61,566 nucleotides of DNA, filler included, from Bipalium vagum (GCA_037834085.1; 3 parts of 3 records of this genome joined end to end with filler, not necessarily neighbours in it), one strand, 5' to 3'. Counted from the whole stretch's first letter, positions 37,311 to 51,686 are shown. Notes: a model not told the origin generated them from the sequence alone. A program made the numbers and translations.

Positions 37311-37479
37311 AGAGTCAGACATTTCCGATGTCCCTGAACGAAACATGTTTGTTGTTTATTTATTAAACAATTTGTATATATTGATTTATATATCAATTTG
37401 AAACTTAATAAAGTTTCTACCATTATCTTAATTAATTTATGTTATATAAATGTAATATCATCTTTTATTTTTTGGCTGA

Positions 37480-38510
37480 AATAAAAATGGAAAAATCGAA
37501 ATTCGCATTCTGCTTCAACATTATTTGAAGTGAAGCAACAATTCAAAGCAGGTGAAGCTGCCAGAAAAATATACGAAGTGGAAGGTGAAGATGTGGTCTC
37601 CATTCGTATATTCCAAATCTGGTTCAAAAAATTTAATGAAGGTAACTATGATCTATACGATCAACCACGTTCCGGTTGTTTAGACCAAACCATCGATTAG
37701 CACTCGAATATTGTCTGCTGATCTAGGTATTTCCAAAGTAACAGTTGTTGGACACCATAAAGCAATCGGTAAGGTCTACAAACGATGTAGAGAAGTGCCT
37801 CACGATTGGACTAAAAATTAGGAAAAGTGACGTATGGAAACGTGTAGAAAGCTGCTGAAAAATCCGCGGGAAGATCGTTTCATTAGACAGATTGTAACTT
37901 CTGATGAAAAGTTGACATTTTTAACCAATCCTCACAAAAATAATCAGTATTTTGACCCTGGGTAAGTGACAGAACTTGTTTCAAAAACAGACCGATTCTC
38001 ACAGGAGACATTATTGGTGAAATTTCGAAGGTATCATTCACTTCGTATTGATTCCAAATAGTATATCACTAGACGTAAACCTATATTATACTCAGTTGGA
38101 TCGAATATTTCAAAAATTAAAGTTTAAATGTCCGGTATTGATCAATCGAAATAAGGTGGTCTTACAGCAAGATAATGCAAAACCGCACACTGCCAAGAAA
38201 ACAATCGAAAAAATCAGAGAATATGAATCTATTGAACTGTTACCACATCCAGCATACAATCCGTATCTTGCCCCATCGGATTACCATTTTTTGATCAATT
38301 TTCTCCGAAAGCATAAATTCAATAACTTAGGCGAGATCGAAACTGCGTGCCAAGAGTTTTTCAGATTCAAGGACATAAATGGTACAAACAAGTTATCCAA
38401 CAGCTAGTAGATATATGGCTTAAAACTATTGATTCAAATGGCTTTTACTTTGAAACAATATTTTTATTATTTTAAATAATAAAGGAAATTACTTATGAAT
38501 CACCCTAATA
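37480..38510 (+). mobile_element. mariner pseudogene (DD35D spacing; same subfamily as 12180-13056)
   Basis: MEKSKFAF start, EVPHDW, VTSDEK, QQDNAKPH and HPAYNPYLAPSDYH motifs; TIR-like end at 38489-38510. Confidence 0.92.
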
Positions 38511-38681
38511 ATACTTACCTATATATCAGGTAACGAACTAAGTTTTTTCGTTTTTTCACCTAATAAATAAACGTTGTTAAATTTTTAAAGTAAATAATTT
38601 AATTTTAAAAAAAGGTGAGCTCCATGTTTTGAAAATTTTGCTTAAATAATCAGATTTAATGAAATATATTATTTTTGCTTT

Positions 38682-38810
38682 TGTGGAGCATCCCATAATA
38701 AACATTTATTTTTGTAATCATTTTATTATGGGCATCTTGAAATAAAAACATTTAAGTATTGTGATTTTTATTTAATTTCATGTAAAAGATTATAATTGTA
38801 TATTCAATTC
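38682..38810 (+). repeat. dispersed repeat family starting TGTGGAGCATCC (copy 1; probable LTR end)
   Basis: Shares TGTGGAGCATCC..AATAAA.CATT and ATGTAAA(A)GATT with the copies at 54780 (+) and 60281 (-). Confidence 0.7.
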
Positions 38811-39012
38811 TTACTCTTATCCCAATATTTATTATGGTTGTTGATTATTATTATTATTAGAAATTAAAAATATATATACTGATGAGCAAATTTTTTGTCA
38901 ACAGTAAAAATGTCAATTTTTATCAATGTAAAAATTTTTTTTTAAAAAATTTTTTTCGCAAAATATGTTAAATAATGATTTTCAACATATGTTAATTAAA
39001 ATTTTTATTATT

Positions 39013-39112
39013 NNNNNNNNNNNNNNNNNNNNNNNNNNNNNNNNNNNNNNNNNNNNTTAATTAATTAANNNNNNNNNNNNNNNNNNNNNNNNNNNNNNNN
39101 NNNNNNNNNNNN
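39013..39112. other. assembly spacer between contigs
   Basis: 44 N + TTAATTAATTAA + 44 N, identical to the first spacer. Confidence 0.98.
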
Positions 39113-40009
39113 TTAAAGCATCTTCTCCATTTCAAAAGATCTCAGCATAAGTTGCAGTTGAAATTATAGGTCATCTGTGAAGATATATTATGAATATACA
39201 CAACCTAAGATATAGTTAAATTATTTTATGAAAACAAATAATAAAATTGTAATCGGTTCAAAGAATAAATTGTCCGTTCAATCTGTTTAACAATAAAATA
39301 TTTTTAGATTTAATCAAAGGAAATTATCCTATAAACTTTCCATTGCTAATAGTCCACGAAATTAAAAAGGGAATGAGATAAAAATAAAAATCTATTAATT
39401 TCGTGCAGCATGAAATAAAGCTAATTAGATCAAAATTTTTAATACTACAAATGGTCAATTCCATTTCATATTTCATAGTTTTTCATTATATTATCTTCGA
39501 AACCATAATTATTTCAGCTGAAAAGATTGCTTGGTGAGTGGGATACAACCAGCCATCTCCCTAGACGCGCCTTACCAAAGTTGCATTGTAAAGCTGAATC
39601 TGATGAAGACCGAAAATCCCACATAAAAGATAAATAGATTTTAATTAATCAATTGCAAATCTACATGGAATCAAGTTTATATACTCACATAATTATTTAT
39701 TCTCTCCTCTCATCTCCAGAGAAGTTGCCAATATATTTTCAAAGCAGCTTAAGTATAAGACATGAGAAAACGATTATCATTGGTAGTTACTGTCGAGTTA
39801 TCAGCACTATCGGTTTTATTTAAATTTATAATTTAAGCTTGATAATAATATTTATTTCACATAAAAAATATTTTGATAGTTGACATAACTGACCTTCCTT
39901 TACTTAATATTTAAACAATTTAACTATATTATATTCTTAAAATTATCTTTAATTTTCATTAAAACTTAGTGTTAGTTATATCCTTAAAATAGTTTATTAA
40001 AATTAATTA

Positions 40010-40740
40010 ACACAGACGGAATTTGCTAAGCAATTGGGAGTCACTAAGCAAACAGTTTCTAATCACCTGCATGAGATGAATAAGTTCCAAAAAGGAGGAA
40101 AACGGATCCCACATGAACTCACTCAGTCCAATAAAAATCAAAGAATGGCAACATGTCTTTATCTTCTTAATAAACAGCGTCATTCTTATGGAAGGTCATA
40201 ACGGGAGATGAGAAATATATTCAATATGATAACCGGAAATGTAAAAGGTCTTTATCCTGAAAACAATTAACATCGGTCGCACAGTCAAATTGTTTCGGAA
40301 AAAAATAATGCTGTCCATTTGGTGGGATATTAGGTGAGTGATATACTATGAGCTGTTGGAAGTCGGTGAAACAGTTTACATTGTGTTCTTCAAAAAATAA
40401 AATCCAATTTGGTGTGCAGAAAAGGGGATATTCTTCAACATAATAATGCTAAACCCTATGTAGTTAAAATGACATAAAAGTAATTAAGAAAACTGTTTTA
40501 TGAAGTTTGCCAAATTTATAAATAGCCCAGACATCGAGGCTATTGATTATTATCTATTCAGCTCAATGGCTCATTTTCTTAAAGGAAAAATATAAAAATC
40601 TAGACTACATAAAAATGACTTAGAAACGTTTTCTGATAAAAAAACTACTGAATTTTATTCCCAGGGCATTCATTCTTTGTTATATATATGGCAGAGAGTA
40701 TTTGAGACTGATGGAGAATATTTAATCAAGTAATGTTTGT
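40010..40740 (+). mobile_element. mariner pseudogene
   Basis: ELAKQLGVTKQTVSNHLHEM, RIPHEL, ITGDEK, MLSIWWD and QHNNAKP motifs, with stops. Confidence 0.9.
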
Positions 40741-40833
40741 ATGTTAATAATAAAAATGTTTTGAATTTCTTTGATTAGAGGCTCATAATTAAAATGGATC
40801 CCTGATATAAACATAAATATAGTAATTTAAATA

Positions 40834-41923
40834 TAACGGGTTACAACTAAAAATTTGCACTAACTTACATCAGGCATCAAACACAGAAACACAATTTTAA
40901 AATGTTTTATTATATTTGCTATAGAACAATATTTAACAAACTATAAAATGTTAATGGCTTTCAATGAAAGGTCCATTATCAGCAACAGAACGCAGTTTTG
41001 TATTGATTGTACAACATACACGTTGTACTGAAGTTATTCCAATTCTTTCAAACACTTACTCAAACATGTTTTAATTGTTTAATAGATTTGGCTTTCCAAC
41101 CTTTTCTGTACACTAAACTACTCAGTTCACTGAAGAAATCTTCAACTGGGCGACACTGCTTAAGATTTTTTGGGTTCCTATCTTTTGAAACAAATGGGAT
41201 ATTTTTTGACTTCAGAAAGTTAATTACGGTATTCGCATAATGTGATGAGGCTTTGTCGGGCCAGAATACATAATCATTGTTGGTATCATATTTTTGAATG
41301 AATGGAATTAAAATTTTAGAAAAACATTCATTTTCATAAATGTTCTTCGTGATCGCCAGACCATTTGGCTTAAAATATGGTTCAGACAACCTTTGCTTGA
41401 GACAACAATGCAAATCATCACCTTTGGCTCAAATTTCTTGAATTTAACTTCCGCTGCAGCAGTACTTAGATCCTTTGAGTAATAAGTGTCATTACCAGAC
41501 ATTTCATTCTTACTTAAAGAGAAATAACTTTCGTCATCCAAAATATAAATTTTTCTCCAGTAATTTTTGGTCATCCAAAGACATCTTCTTTTTATTGTAT
41601 ATTGTTCTTTCGTATATGCTGGTGACTTGCTCTTCTTCTTGGCTATCACACCAAGCTTTTTCAATGCTTTCGAAATAAATTGTTGCGTACAACCAACTTT
41701 TTGCCAATATCAATATATTTTTCATAAAATTGTATAATTTGAATTCGAAGTACTTCTTTTTTTGACGTTATTTCTGAGAATTTTTTGATAAACAAGTCGA
41801 TATTATATATTAAATCAATTAAATACATATCAACTTATGATTTAAACAGAATTAGATATGGTTATATTGTAGAAATTTTATTTGCATTCAAAGTTAGTGC
41901 AAATTTTTAGTTGTAACCCGTTA
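40834..41923 (-). mobile_element. DD37E Tc1-like transposon with perfect TIRs, internally deleted and frameshifted
   Basis: Perfect 35-bp inverted repeat including TA: TATAACGGGTTACAACTAAAAATTTGCACTAACTT (40832-40866 / 41891-41925). Transposase motifs LDDESYF, FWPDKASSHY and CRPVEDF, with exactly 37 residues between the second D and the E. Confidence 0.95.
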
Positions 41924-44900
41924 TAAGCATAATCAGATATTCAACTGAAATGATCTCAGTAAAATGTTCAATTATTTATTGGTCAACCAAATACAATTCG
42001 AAAATGAAGAATATCTTGTGTGCTCAACATGACATTTCTAATGACAATATATATTTTAGATTATTCGAAAAAGTTAATAGAGCAACTAGTAAATATTAGG
42101 TTTTGTTTAAAATTGGAAGAAAGTATCAGTAAAAAATGTCAGATGATTAAAATTTTATTGTAAGGATTTCTTGAGTCGTAAGAATGTATTTAAAAGATAT
42201 TCTAAATGTTAGGGTAGAAAAGAGAATATTCAAGAAGGTGTTTGTCTTGTTCCTCTTGTGACCAAACTATCCAAATTAAATGTGTAGAACATGTTTGAAA
42301 GTCCAAAAAATCTATTAAACTCAGAGACAATTAATAATATTTTAGCTCGTCTTAATTTGAAACGAATAGCTGATTCGAAATACTTCTGTGCTGAATTCAC
42401 GTGAAAGGTTGAAACAAGGATAAATCTCTATTGAAATTAAAACAACTCATTTGGGATAAATATGTATGTATATATTTATATAACTCATTAACCTTCCAAC
42501 ACGGGACAGTCCCTGTAATATAAATTAAGATTCCGAACTATTTTAATCATCAAACTTTATAACAATTTCCATCTAATCATCAGTTGTAAAAGGATGATTG
42601 AAATTGTAAGCGATAATTCGAGAAAAGTTTATTAATCTTTTTAACTTACAAATATAAAATGTTTTTTGTTTTAATTTTTCTAATAAATCTTCAAAACTTA
42701 TTTTTAAATATAATATTACAGTGATAAGGAAAGAAATTAAAAAAATTAAAAAGAAAATTAAGTCTTATAATTTTGTAATTTTTTATTTTAAATATTTATT
42801 ATTATTTTAATTAATTTTTTTTATTATTTTTAAATATTATGAAAAAATAACGATGAAACTAAATAAATTTTATTAATATTGTTTAAATTAATAATTTTAT
42901 TATAATTATCCCCGGCAATATTTATTAATATAGATAATATAATTAAAACAGAAAAAGTCTAAAGTTTAAAAAGAAAAGGCTTATCTTCGTAAAAATCTGT
43001 GTTGCGTTAATTTTTGAATTTTTAACAATTCAAAATGCATTTCTAATTTCCCATTTTCTTCTTTTTTTACGAAAGATATTCTGATAACAATTTTTGAAAG
43101 ACTTAAGTAATTTCCAAGAGTAAAGATTCCCATTTCACTGTTAATAGTTTAGAGAAAATTTGGACAGCTTTTATCATTACTTTAATCACTGACATTGAAA
43201 GTTAATTATCAAATGATCTAATTATGAACATTATATTGCAATATTTATAATTAAAAATTAAATAACCATCAAAGTAAAATTGAAGCTAATTAAAAGAGAT
43301 TAATTTTAACGAGAATCACGGGAAAATAGGTTTAACAAAACTTTTTCAAAAATCGTCTCTCGATTATTTAAAAGTTTTAATAAATAATACATTAATTTTC
43401 CAATTTTTAAATAATATAAAAATATTTTTAACAATTTTTTTAAAAAATTTAATTTAAATGTAAATAATGAAAAAAATATTTTAAAAATTTAGAAGAAAAA
43501 ATTTACATTTTATATAAGTTGAATGAAAAAAAAATTTAGGTGTAATTATTATTTTTTATTTTTCGGAAAAAAATTGTAATATTTAAAAATAATAAAAAAA
43601 AATCTTCAACTTTTTAGATTGTGATAAAAATTTTCAGTATTGAGTTTGGAACATGAGTACCTGAGCCTCAATTTGATCCTTCAAACAATTGTGTTTATCA
43701 ATGTCTTTTTACTCTCTTTACAACTTCAATAAAAAAGCTTTCCATCTAACATTGAGATTCTCATTTCAGAAAACAAAGAGAATATCATATGATAGATTTG
43801 CATATTGAAATAAACTGTTTGGTTAGCCAAAGCCTTTAACCCTTTTAGATTATCTTTTGAAGACCGCTAAAAGGTCTAGAATAATTATAATATTAATAAA
43901 TTAATTAGAAAGACCACAAATGATCAGAAACGGAATAAAAATACTAAAAATACTAATTATTATTATATAATAATTATAAAAGTGAAAAAAAATAAAATAG
44001 TTTTTTATCAATAAATTGTCTAATCTTGACACCGGCAGATGTAGAATTGCCAAGATTAGGGTAACGGATTTTGGTTTAAGATTCTAAAAATGAAATTGAC
44101 ATTCCCCATTAAGAATACTGGTCTAAGACTGAGTAATCGTCTGATCAGCATAAAAGGCACTGGAATCCTCAATAGATGGCCACAAAAAAGAGTTAACATT
44201 TTGCTTGATATTTTATTGTCAGAAGAAATATATTATCAGAAGAAATTTATTGCCAGAATTAGTTTGGAAAATTTATGATGTTTATATAAGTTTTTATGCG
44301 GAAGGAGCCAACGATGGGTCCTTCTCTGTTATTGTGTTTATGAGCGTACATGCTCGGGCTATTCAAAGCACTCTAGGACCCGTCTTCTTCTAAAAACAGT
44401 GAGGGTTATTTTTCTTTTCCCTTATTTATTTTTTGTTTAAATTAACATTTATCCGATCAACTATTCACATTTGATTGATTATTTGTTTTGATTTTCAGTA
44501 TGGTTTTATTGATTCTGACTACTTGAACATTTCACATTGTATACTGTTATTGTGTTAGATAAATAATGTTTAATTGTAGTCGTTTTGATTCAATTAATTA
44601 CGAATACGTTATTGACAGAAATGATTTAAGAGTTGTGTTATTATAAAGCCTAACAAAACCATAAATCAAGAAAACTAAGGTATTCAAAACTATTCAATCA
44701 TCTTTTGAATGATTTTTTTATCGACCAGATAAAATTTTAACAAAAATCAGTTTCATTGGTGTATTTTAAAAAAAACCTAAAAAAAAATTTTGTTTGACGT
44801 TTTATATCTAATTAATATTCAAACAAAAAATGATTCTGATAGACATCATACTTATGAATTAATTAATAGTAATTAAAGTAAATATAACAATTTCAATAAT

Positions 44901-47900
44901 AAAATAAAAGTGAAAAAATAAATATTTTAAATAAGCTAATAAACTTTTTCTAAAATTTGATTAGCTTAAACCATAATTTAAAATATGGTTATTAAATAAA
45001 GTCAATCTTTTTTTGGAAATAAAAAATGGGAAATCTCATTGTGTAATAACTTAATTTGATCGAAATTGAATTTTGTTTGCTTTATCATAAATATATGGAC
45101 TTGAAATCTACTGATGTCAATAGGGTACACAACATATAACATTCTGTTTTGCTTCTTTTCATGAACATTTCAGGTAATTAAGATTCTCGATTGAACGAAC
45201 AAAACTATATCTTGTTTCTTTTAAAATTCAACTTACATTAACCTTATAAAATGATTTGATATTATTATTTTATTGAACGAGAATATCAAAGGCTATTTTT
45301 GAAACCAGTACATAGAATACAATATATATCAAATATAAATAATATATATAAATATCAAAAAGAAATTGTGTGTAATATTATATTTTATTATTGAAAACAC
45401 TATTTTGAAAAACGATGACAAGACTTGAAAGATAAAATTTATGTAACTTAGAACATGAGATAAGATTTGGTCTGGTAAAATAAAATAATTATTAATCAGA
45501 CGATAACACTATCACGTAATATTCAACTGTGACTTTCAACAGTTTTTATTTGGTTATCACAAGACTTAAATATACCTAGCACAAAACTTTCAGAATGAAT
45601 TCAGTATGAAAGACAGAATCACAAAACTTTAGTAAACCGATGGAACGACAGAGTGTCTGTCTAAAACCATCCTTTACAATTTTTAGGACAATCGGCATTA
45701 ATAAATTTATCCTACTGACATCAAAACAAATCACCTTTAAGACTTAAATCGTCAGTTTTTTATGGCACACAAGATATTCAGTTTAGTCTGGACAGTTAAA
45801 AATATTATGCTGATTCGAATGAAACTGGAGTTTTCTATAATTATTTCATTTAACTTTATTTTCTCAACAGTCTATAAATTTGTTTTTTTTCAGGGAAAAG
45901 AAGGTGAACCCAGAAAATATGAGCCAGGAGCTTGAAAGAATTAGAGTTTGTAAGGTGAGGATCCTAGAGGAAGATCTTCAAATTCAAAAAACTTTCATAA
46001 CGTTATTTTGAGACTTATTTATCGTAGAGAAAGATTGGCTCTTTTCTTTTTACCAAAGTAGAACTTAAGGATTGAGATTTACCCTTTTATTGGATCATTT
46101 TCTATATTTAGTTCTCGGTCATAATTGTTTTGTTTTAGAAAACTGAAATTGATCAGATCAGCTGATAAATACCAAATCTTCATTATTATGTTTTATATAT
46201 TATATAAATTTAGACTCAGGAGAGTACAATAAGCTTCACCATGGACTACTCACTATTTTTAGTCACTAGTTACACTGTGTTTAAGAATCATTTTTGTTGC
46301 GTGAATAAAAGATGATGAGACTTTTTGTCATTTCGCTTAACCATAACAAAATTATTCACTTTTCCAAATTACTTTAAATACTTTACTTAGAACATTATGC
46401 AGTTCTTGTAAAAGTTCACTCATTTTTATTAAAACTTTCAAGGTCTTTCTTTTATCTTCCACATCTTCAACTTGTGAAATCACTATTATTTTGTACATTC
46501 TATAGTTGTACTGGCAACAAACACATTATAAGGAGTGGTTCGAACGATTAGTTTTTATGAATTTTCCTAAATAAGGACCTAACACCTAAATTAACGCTTA
46601 TTAAATGTATAGTTTTACAAATATTAAAATTTTATAAGTTACAGTTCTTAATGGTTATCAGCCATTTTTAGTTAAAATCTTTATGCATAAATTTTAAATA
46701 AAAATGACATAATAAGTGTTGATACATTTTTGTAAAGTAAATAATTTAATTTTTGGAAAAGGTGAAGTCCATTTTTGAAAAGTTTGAATAAATAATTGGA
46801 TATACTGAAATATATTATTTTCACTAAATTATTATTGTAACTTCTAAAGTTGAATTTGAAATTAAAGAAATGTGTTTATATCATTTTTCAACTTTAAAAT
46901 ATCAATAAATGGTTTTTTTGTATTAAATTAAAATGTATAACATTTGGATTATGATAATTTATGTTTCCATTATTTTCTTTTATTTTTAAAATTTCTTTCT
47001 TATTTAAAAAATGTTATCTTCCATTTTAAAAAATCTTTTCACTGATGAAAAAAATTGCTTTATATTTAACTAAAAATTTATTTAATAACATATGATTATA
47101 ATTATTTATTTATAATATTATTTATAAATTATCTTATAATATTATATTTATTTATTTTTAAATCAATATTTGAATAATTAAAATAAATTTTAAAAAATTA
47201 TTTTTAATATTTTTCTGGTCATTTATTATAATACTTTCAAAAATAAGTCGATAAATATAAATTAAAAATTAAAACATATTAGTTTATTGTATTTACAATA
47301 ATATAATAATTTATTTAATATAATACAATAATAAATATAAATAAATATAAAAAGATAACAAGAATAATATATAAGAAGAATGATATATTAATCAAGAATA
47401 TAATCATATTAATGATATAATTATTCTAGTTTGTAAAATTTTACTTTTTTTATTTTTTTAAAAAAAATTATAATACAATTTTGTGTAATTGTCATACATT
47501 TTTTACTGAAGTACTTAATCTATAAAAAATTATTTCTAATAAATCTTGATTATATAGTAATTTGTATTATTGAAAAACCTTTTATAACACCGAATTTCTG
47601 CTTAAAAAAATTTTATTTTAAATAAAAAGACAAAAATGAAATGCATAATAATTCTATTTTTGTCTCAGATAAATTATCTATAAAAAATATTGTTACCAAA
47701 CTTACTACGGTAATCAGTCCTTCCAATTTCTTAAATAAAGCCTAAAATATTTGTTAATATTGGATTTGCGGAAAATATATTTTCATTTCTCCGGTATAAA
47801 TTTAACTCTTTCTCCAAAATAATTCATTGCACTTGCTCAAGAGCGAATCAGATGAAAGTATTAATTAATTTATCCAGCTTGGAAATTGTTCATAATAGAA

Positions 47901-48229
47901 AAAATAATACATATAAAGAACACGGACATATATAATATTTAATTCTAACATTTACTTCTTGAAACTTAATGAAATTTATAATTTATTTTAATATTTTAAC
48001 ATTAACCAAGTTCATTATATATCTGACTTTAAATCTAATAAATGAATTCGGTGCAAAAAATTATTTACTCAACGGAATAAAGAATTTTCAAAGTCTAATA
48101 CGTTTATTAAATCGACAATCATATTATGACAATCAGGTTCAATCAATAAAAGTCTCACGATTACAGAATGTAACTTCTTCGTATACACCAGACAAACGCT
48201 CAACTAACCACTATAATTATATCACGATG

Positions 48230-49010
48230 TCCTCTCGTAATCCTTCAATCATTTACAAACTTCTTCACATCGTGATCTATATAGTGTTCGGAGATGAAGT
48301 ACTAGTATTACATCAATACCAGTGATGGTTTCATCGTTTCAAAAATGGTAATGAAAGTCTGGAAGATGCAGAGCATCCTGAATCATCCTTAAGTTGTTGA
48401 TAATGAAGCTCTAAAGACAGCTTTGGAGTTGGATCCGTGCTGAACTACACTTACTTTCAAAAACATTTGGATACAATTGGGAAAGTAAACCGAAGTGAGT
48501 AATGAATCCCTTTCGAACTCAGCAACCAGAACAAAACTGCACGAGTTGCGAATGCCGGGATTCTTCTTTGAAAACTTAAGAATAGCTGATTTCTTGATTT
48601 CATTTTTAAATCAGATAAAAAATAGAAATGTTATAACAATTCTACAAAACAACGGCAATAATTGGATGTCAGTGAACAATCAACTCCGAAGCCAAACACT
48701 CAAACATAAAAGAAGGTTATGCTTTGCGTTTGATGGAATAATAAAGGTTTGATACATTTTGAACTGATGGATGATGGTCTGATAATTAATGCAGATCTAA
48801 GCGCAGAAAAGCAAGGCCGTGAGGATAAAGCTCTAGGATATCAAGGTTTTAATATTTCAAAAATAAAATTACTTCATGATAACGGTCGTCCACACATTGC
48901 AAAGGTCACCCACCACAGAATCAATGAATTAGGCTGCGCAGATTTGTCTCCTACGTAATTTAGCCACTATTTAGCTCCATCGGATTACCACTTATTCCAA
49001 TCGATACAGT
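48230..49010 (+). mobile_element. mariner pseudogene
   Basis: WFHRFKNGNESLED, LIHFELM, LLHDNGRPH and LAPSDYHLF motifs. Confidence 0.88.
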
Positions 49011-49117
49011 ACAAACAATAATACTTGAGCAAATTTTCCATAGATTTTTATATTTCACATAATTTAAATTTTTAATTAATTGTATATTTAATTTTAATAT
49101 TTATTTTAAAATAATTT

Positions 49118-51686
49118 TTATTTTGATTTTTAATGGCACAATATATTAATCTATGAAAAAATTGGTCAAGTATTGTTGTTTTAAAAAGCATTCAAAAATA
49201 TATTTTTCTAAATGACTGATTTTGTTGATATCGCAGCTGAAATGGCGACCACGCCAGAGAATTCTTAGGTGAATCACTCAGGTCAGAATTATTTCGAAGA
49301 TCAGATGATGTCGATAAGTTTCTACACAAGTGTAAAGATTATTTCGACATGTTGGGATTATCCAAAAAAGTTAGAGGATTAGCGGTTATTGGATTAATGG
49401 AAAACGAATTTCGAGAGAAGTGTGAAATAACTGATCCAAAGACTGACTATGAAGATTGAATGAGAAAGGCATTCGGGAAAGTAAAATCAAGGATGAAGGA
49501 TCTTAAAGAAGCTTATAATTATAAGCGTGGAGAAGAAAATGTGGATTTGTATGTGAAAAGAATCTCTGAATTTGCTGACCGATTAATCGAGTACACGTGG
49601 GACAAAGAAACGCTGAAAAGTGAATTATTGCTACACTGTTGCAATGACAAAGAGATGTAGGAACACTTGCAAATGAAGGAAAAGAAGGATTCAGAAGAAA
49701 TTGTAGATGAAATGAAGAGATTTGATAAAGGAAGATTCGTACCATAAAAAGTAAATGTGATATCTTATAGAGATGCATTACAAAACAGGCGAAAACAGAA
49801 AACTAAACTTCGCCTATCAGAAGCCTTTTAATAATAGCGTCTACAAAAATGAAACAAGATAGCAGCCGGAAAGAACCAAATCAGAGGTGGTCTGTTACAG
49901 TTGTAACAAAATAGGGCACATCAAAAAAGATTGTCCAAATCGAAACAGAAGAAAATGTTTCGCATGTGGTTCGAAAGACCATATATGAAGAGATTGCAAC
50001 AGAATGAAGTTCAATCTTTGTTATAAAAAAGACTGCTATTAATATACCAGTGAATCAAGAATAAGAGCTATCAAACAACGATATAATTATGAGAGAAATA
50101 GAGGAACGGAATATAGCAGAAATAATGGGTTTTAGAGAAATGTGAACGAGATATCAGTAGAAACGGTGGAAGTTTTTTCAACAAGAAGACAGAGAAAGGC
50201 AGTATGGAAACGAAGAAAGACAAGCAGACGCGTATTACACACACCCAAAAGGGCGGGATCCTTCCGAAGTTGAGTTTATCGAAGCCTTGAACTAGACGTA
50301 GGAATATGGTTTCGCAATGAGAAAAATTTAATAGAGAATGTGAAAAGTGATAGTGAAAATGAAAAAGTGTCAGAGCAAAAGAAGGAATTGGAAAAGTTGA
50401 ATAGATTTTTTAAGAATTTTGGGAATGGAGATGAAAAGGAGATAGTAACGCTGAATAATTTTAAAGAACGGAGTATTAAATATAACGTGATGAAAGAAAG
50501 GCCATGTATAACTGTTAATATACACGGACACGAAATGGAATGCTTACTGGATACTGGAGCTAGCATAAATGTTATGAGTCGAAATACATTTCTAAAACTA
50601 GGCAATGAAGAAATACAAAGATGCATGGAGACCATAAAGACTGCGAATAATAGTGCAATGAATGTGGTAGGAAAGATAACAGTTGATGTTTATTTTTGAG
50701 ATAGAGCTGAGTCAATGTCATTCACAATTGTAGAGCAGGTTTCACCAGAGCTGATTGGAGGAACAGAATTTGTGACAAAGTTCGGATTTAAATTAATGAA
50801 GATTTAGATGTAAAAGGAAGTCTCATGGGTATGCAACACTGAGGTCAAGTTTGGAAGAGTTGTTAAAGATGAAGAACGCCTGCGAAGAGGAAAGAAGGTA
50901 TTAGTCACCGTCGAAGATAAGAAGCTCTTGGAATTGTTAGAAAAAAACAAAGAAGCATTCATGGCAAATCCGTGGGGTATTGGGTGTACAAAAACGATAC
51001 AGCACAAGATCCAAACTACTGGTGAACCAATTAACAGGAAACCGTGGAGATAGCCAATGCACCTAGAAGAAAAAATCGGTGAAACAATAAAGAATTTATT
51101 TGAGAACGGAATAATAAGAAGATGCAACTCGCCAAGGAACACGCCACTAATTTACATGTGGAAAAAAGAAAGAAAAGATGTCAGATTATGTCTAGACTTT
51201 AGAAAGCTGTGACTGAACGTCAGGCTTTACTAATGCAAAACGCAGAGGATTTACTGTATAGATTAGAAGGAGCGAAATATTTAAGCACGATTGACCTGGG
51301 AAATGCATATTACGGAAATTTATCAATTAATATGCAAAAAAATCAAGAGTGTTAGAACAATTGTGTGGGAAGAACAATGAAAAATTAATATAGACCAAAG
51401 CATGCAATGTGGCTTTCCAAGAATTGAAAGAGTTACTAAGAAAAACGCCAGTGCTAACTTTTCCAGAATTAAAAGAACGTTTATATTAGACACTGATGCC
51501 AGTTTTGAAGCGATTGGAGCAGTGTTGTCAAAGACAGACGATAATGGAAATTATTTTGATTTTTAATGGCACAATTTATTAATTTATTAAGAATGGAAAA
51601 TTTGTTTAAGCATTATTGTTTTAAAAAAAAAGCATTCAAAAATATATTGTTCTAAATGACTGATTATGTTTATATTGCAGCTAACA
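49118..51686 (+). mobile_element. Ty3/Gypsy LTR retrotransposon, decayed, integrase deleted
   Basis: Direct repeats 49118-49242 and 51551-51686 (the latter ends ...CTAACA). PBS-like TGGCGACC at 49243. gag with two CCHC knuckles (CYSCNKIGHIKKDC, CFACGSKDHI*RDC), protease LDTGAS, RT (RLCLDFRKL, STIDLGNAY) and RNase H (FILDTDAS). Confidence 0.93.

Noticed and set aside
45894-45954. Plus-strand exon-like segment (TTTCAG...GTGAGG; EKKVNPENMSQELERIRVCK)
   Set aside because: No partner exons, and it reads like the C-terminus of a Tc1/maT transposase.
47969-48325. 118-aa ORF, plus orphan ORFs 56067-56327, 14850-15196 and 24409-24663
   Set aside because: No recognisable domains or splice structure. 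The first runs into a mariner 5' end; the others are probably transposon debris.
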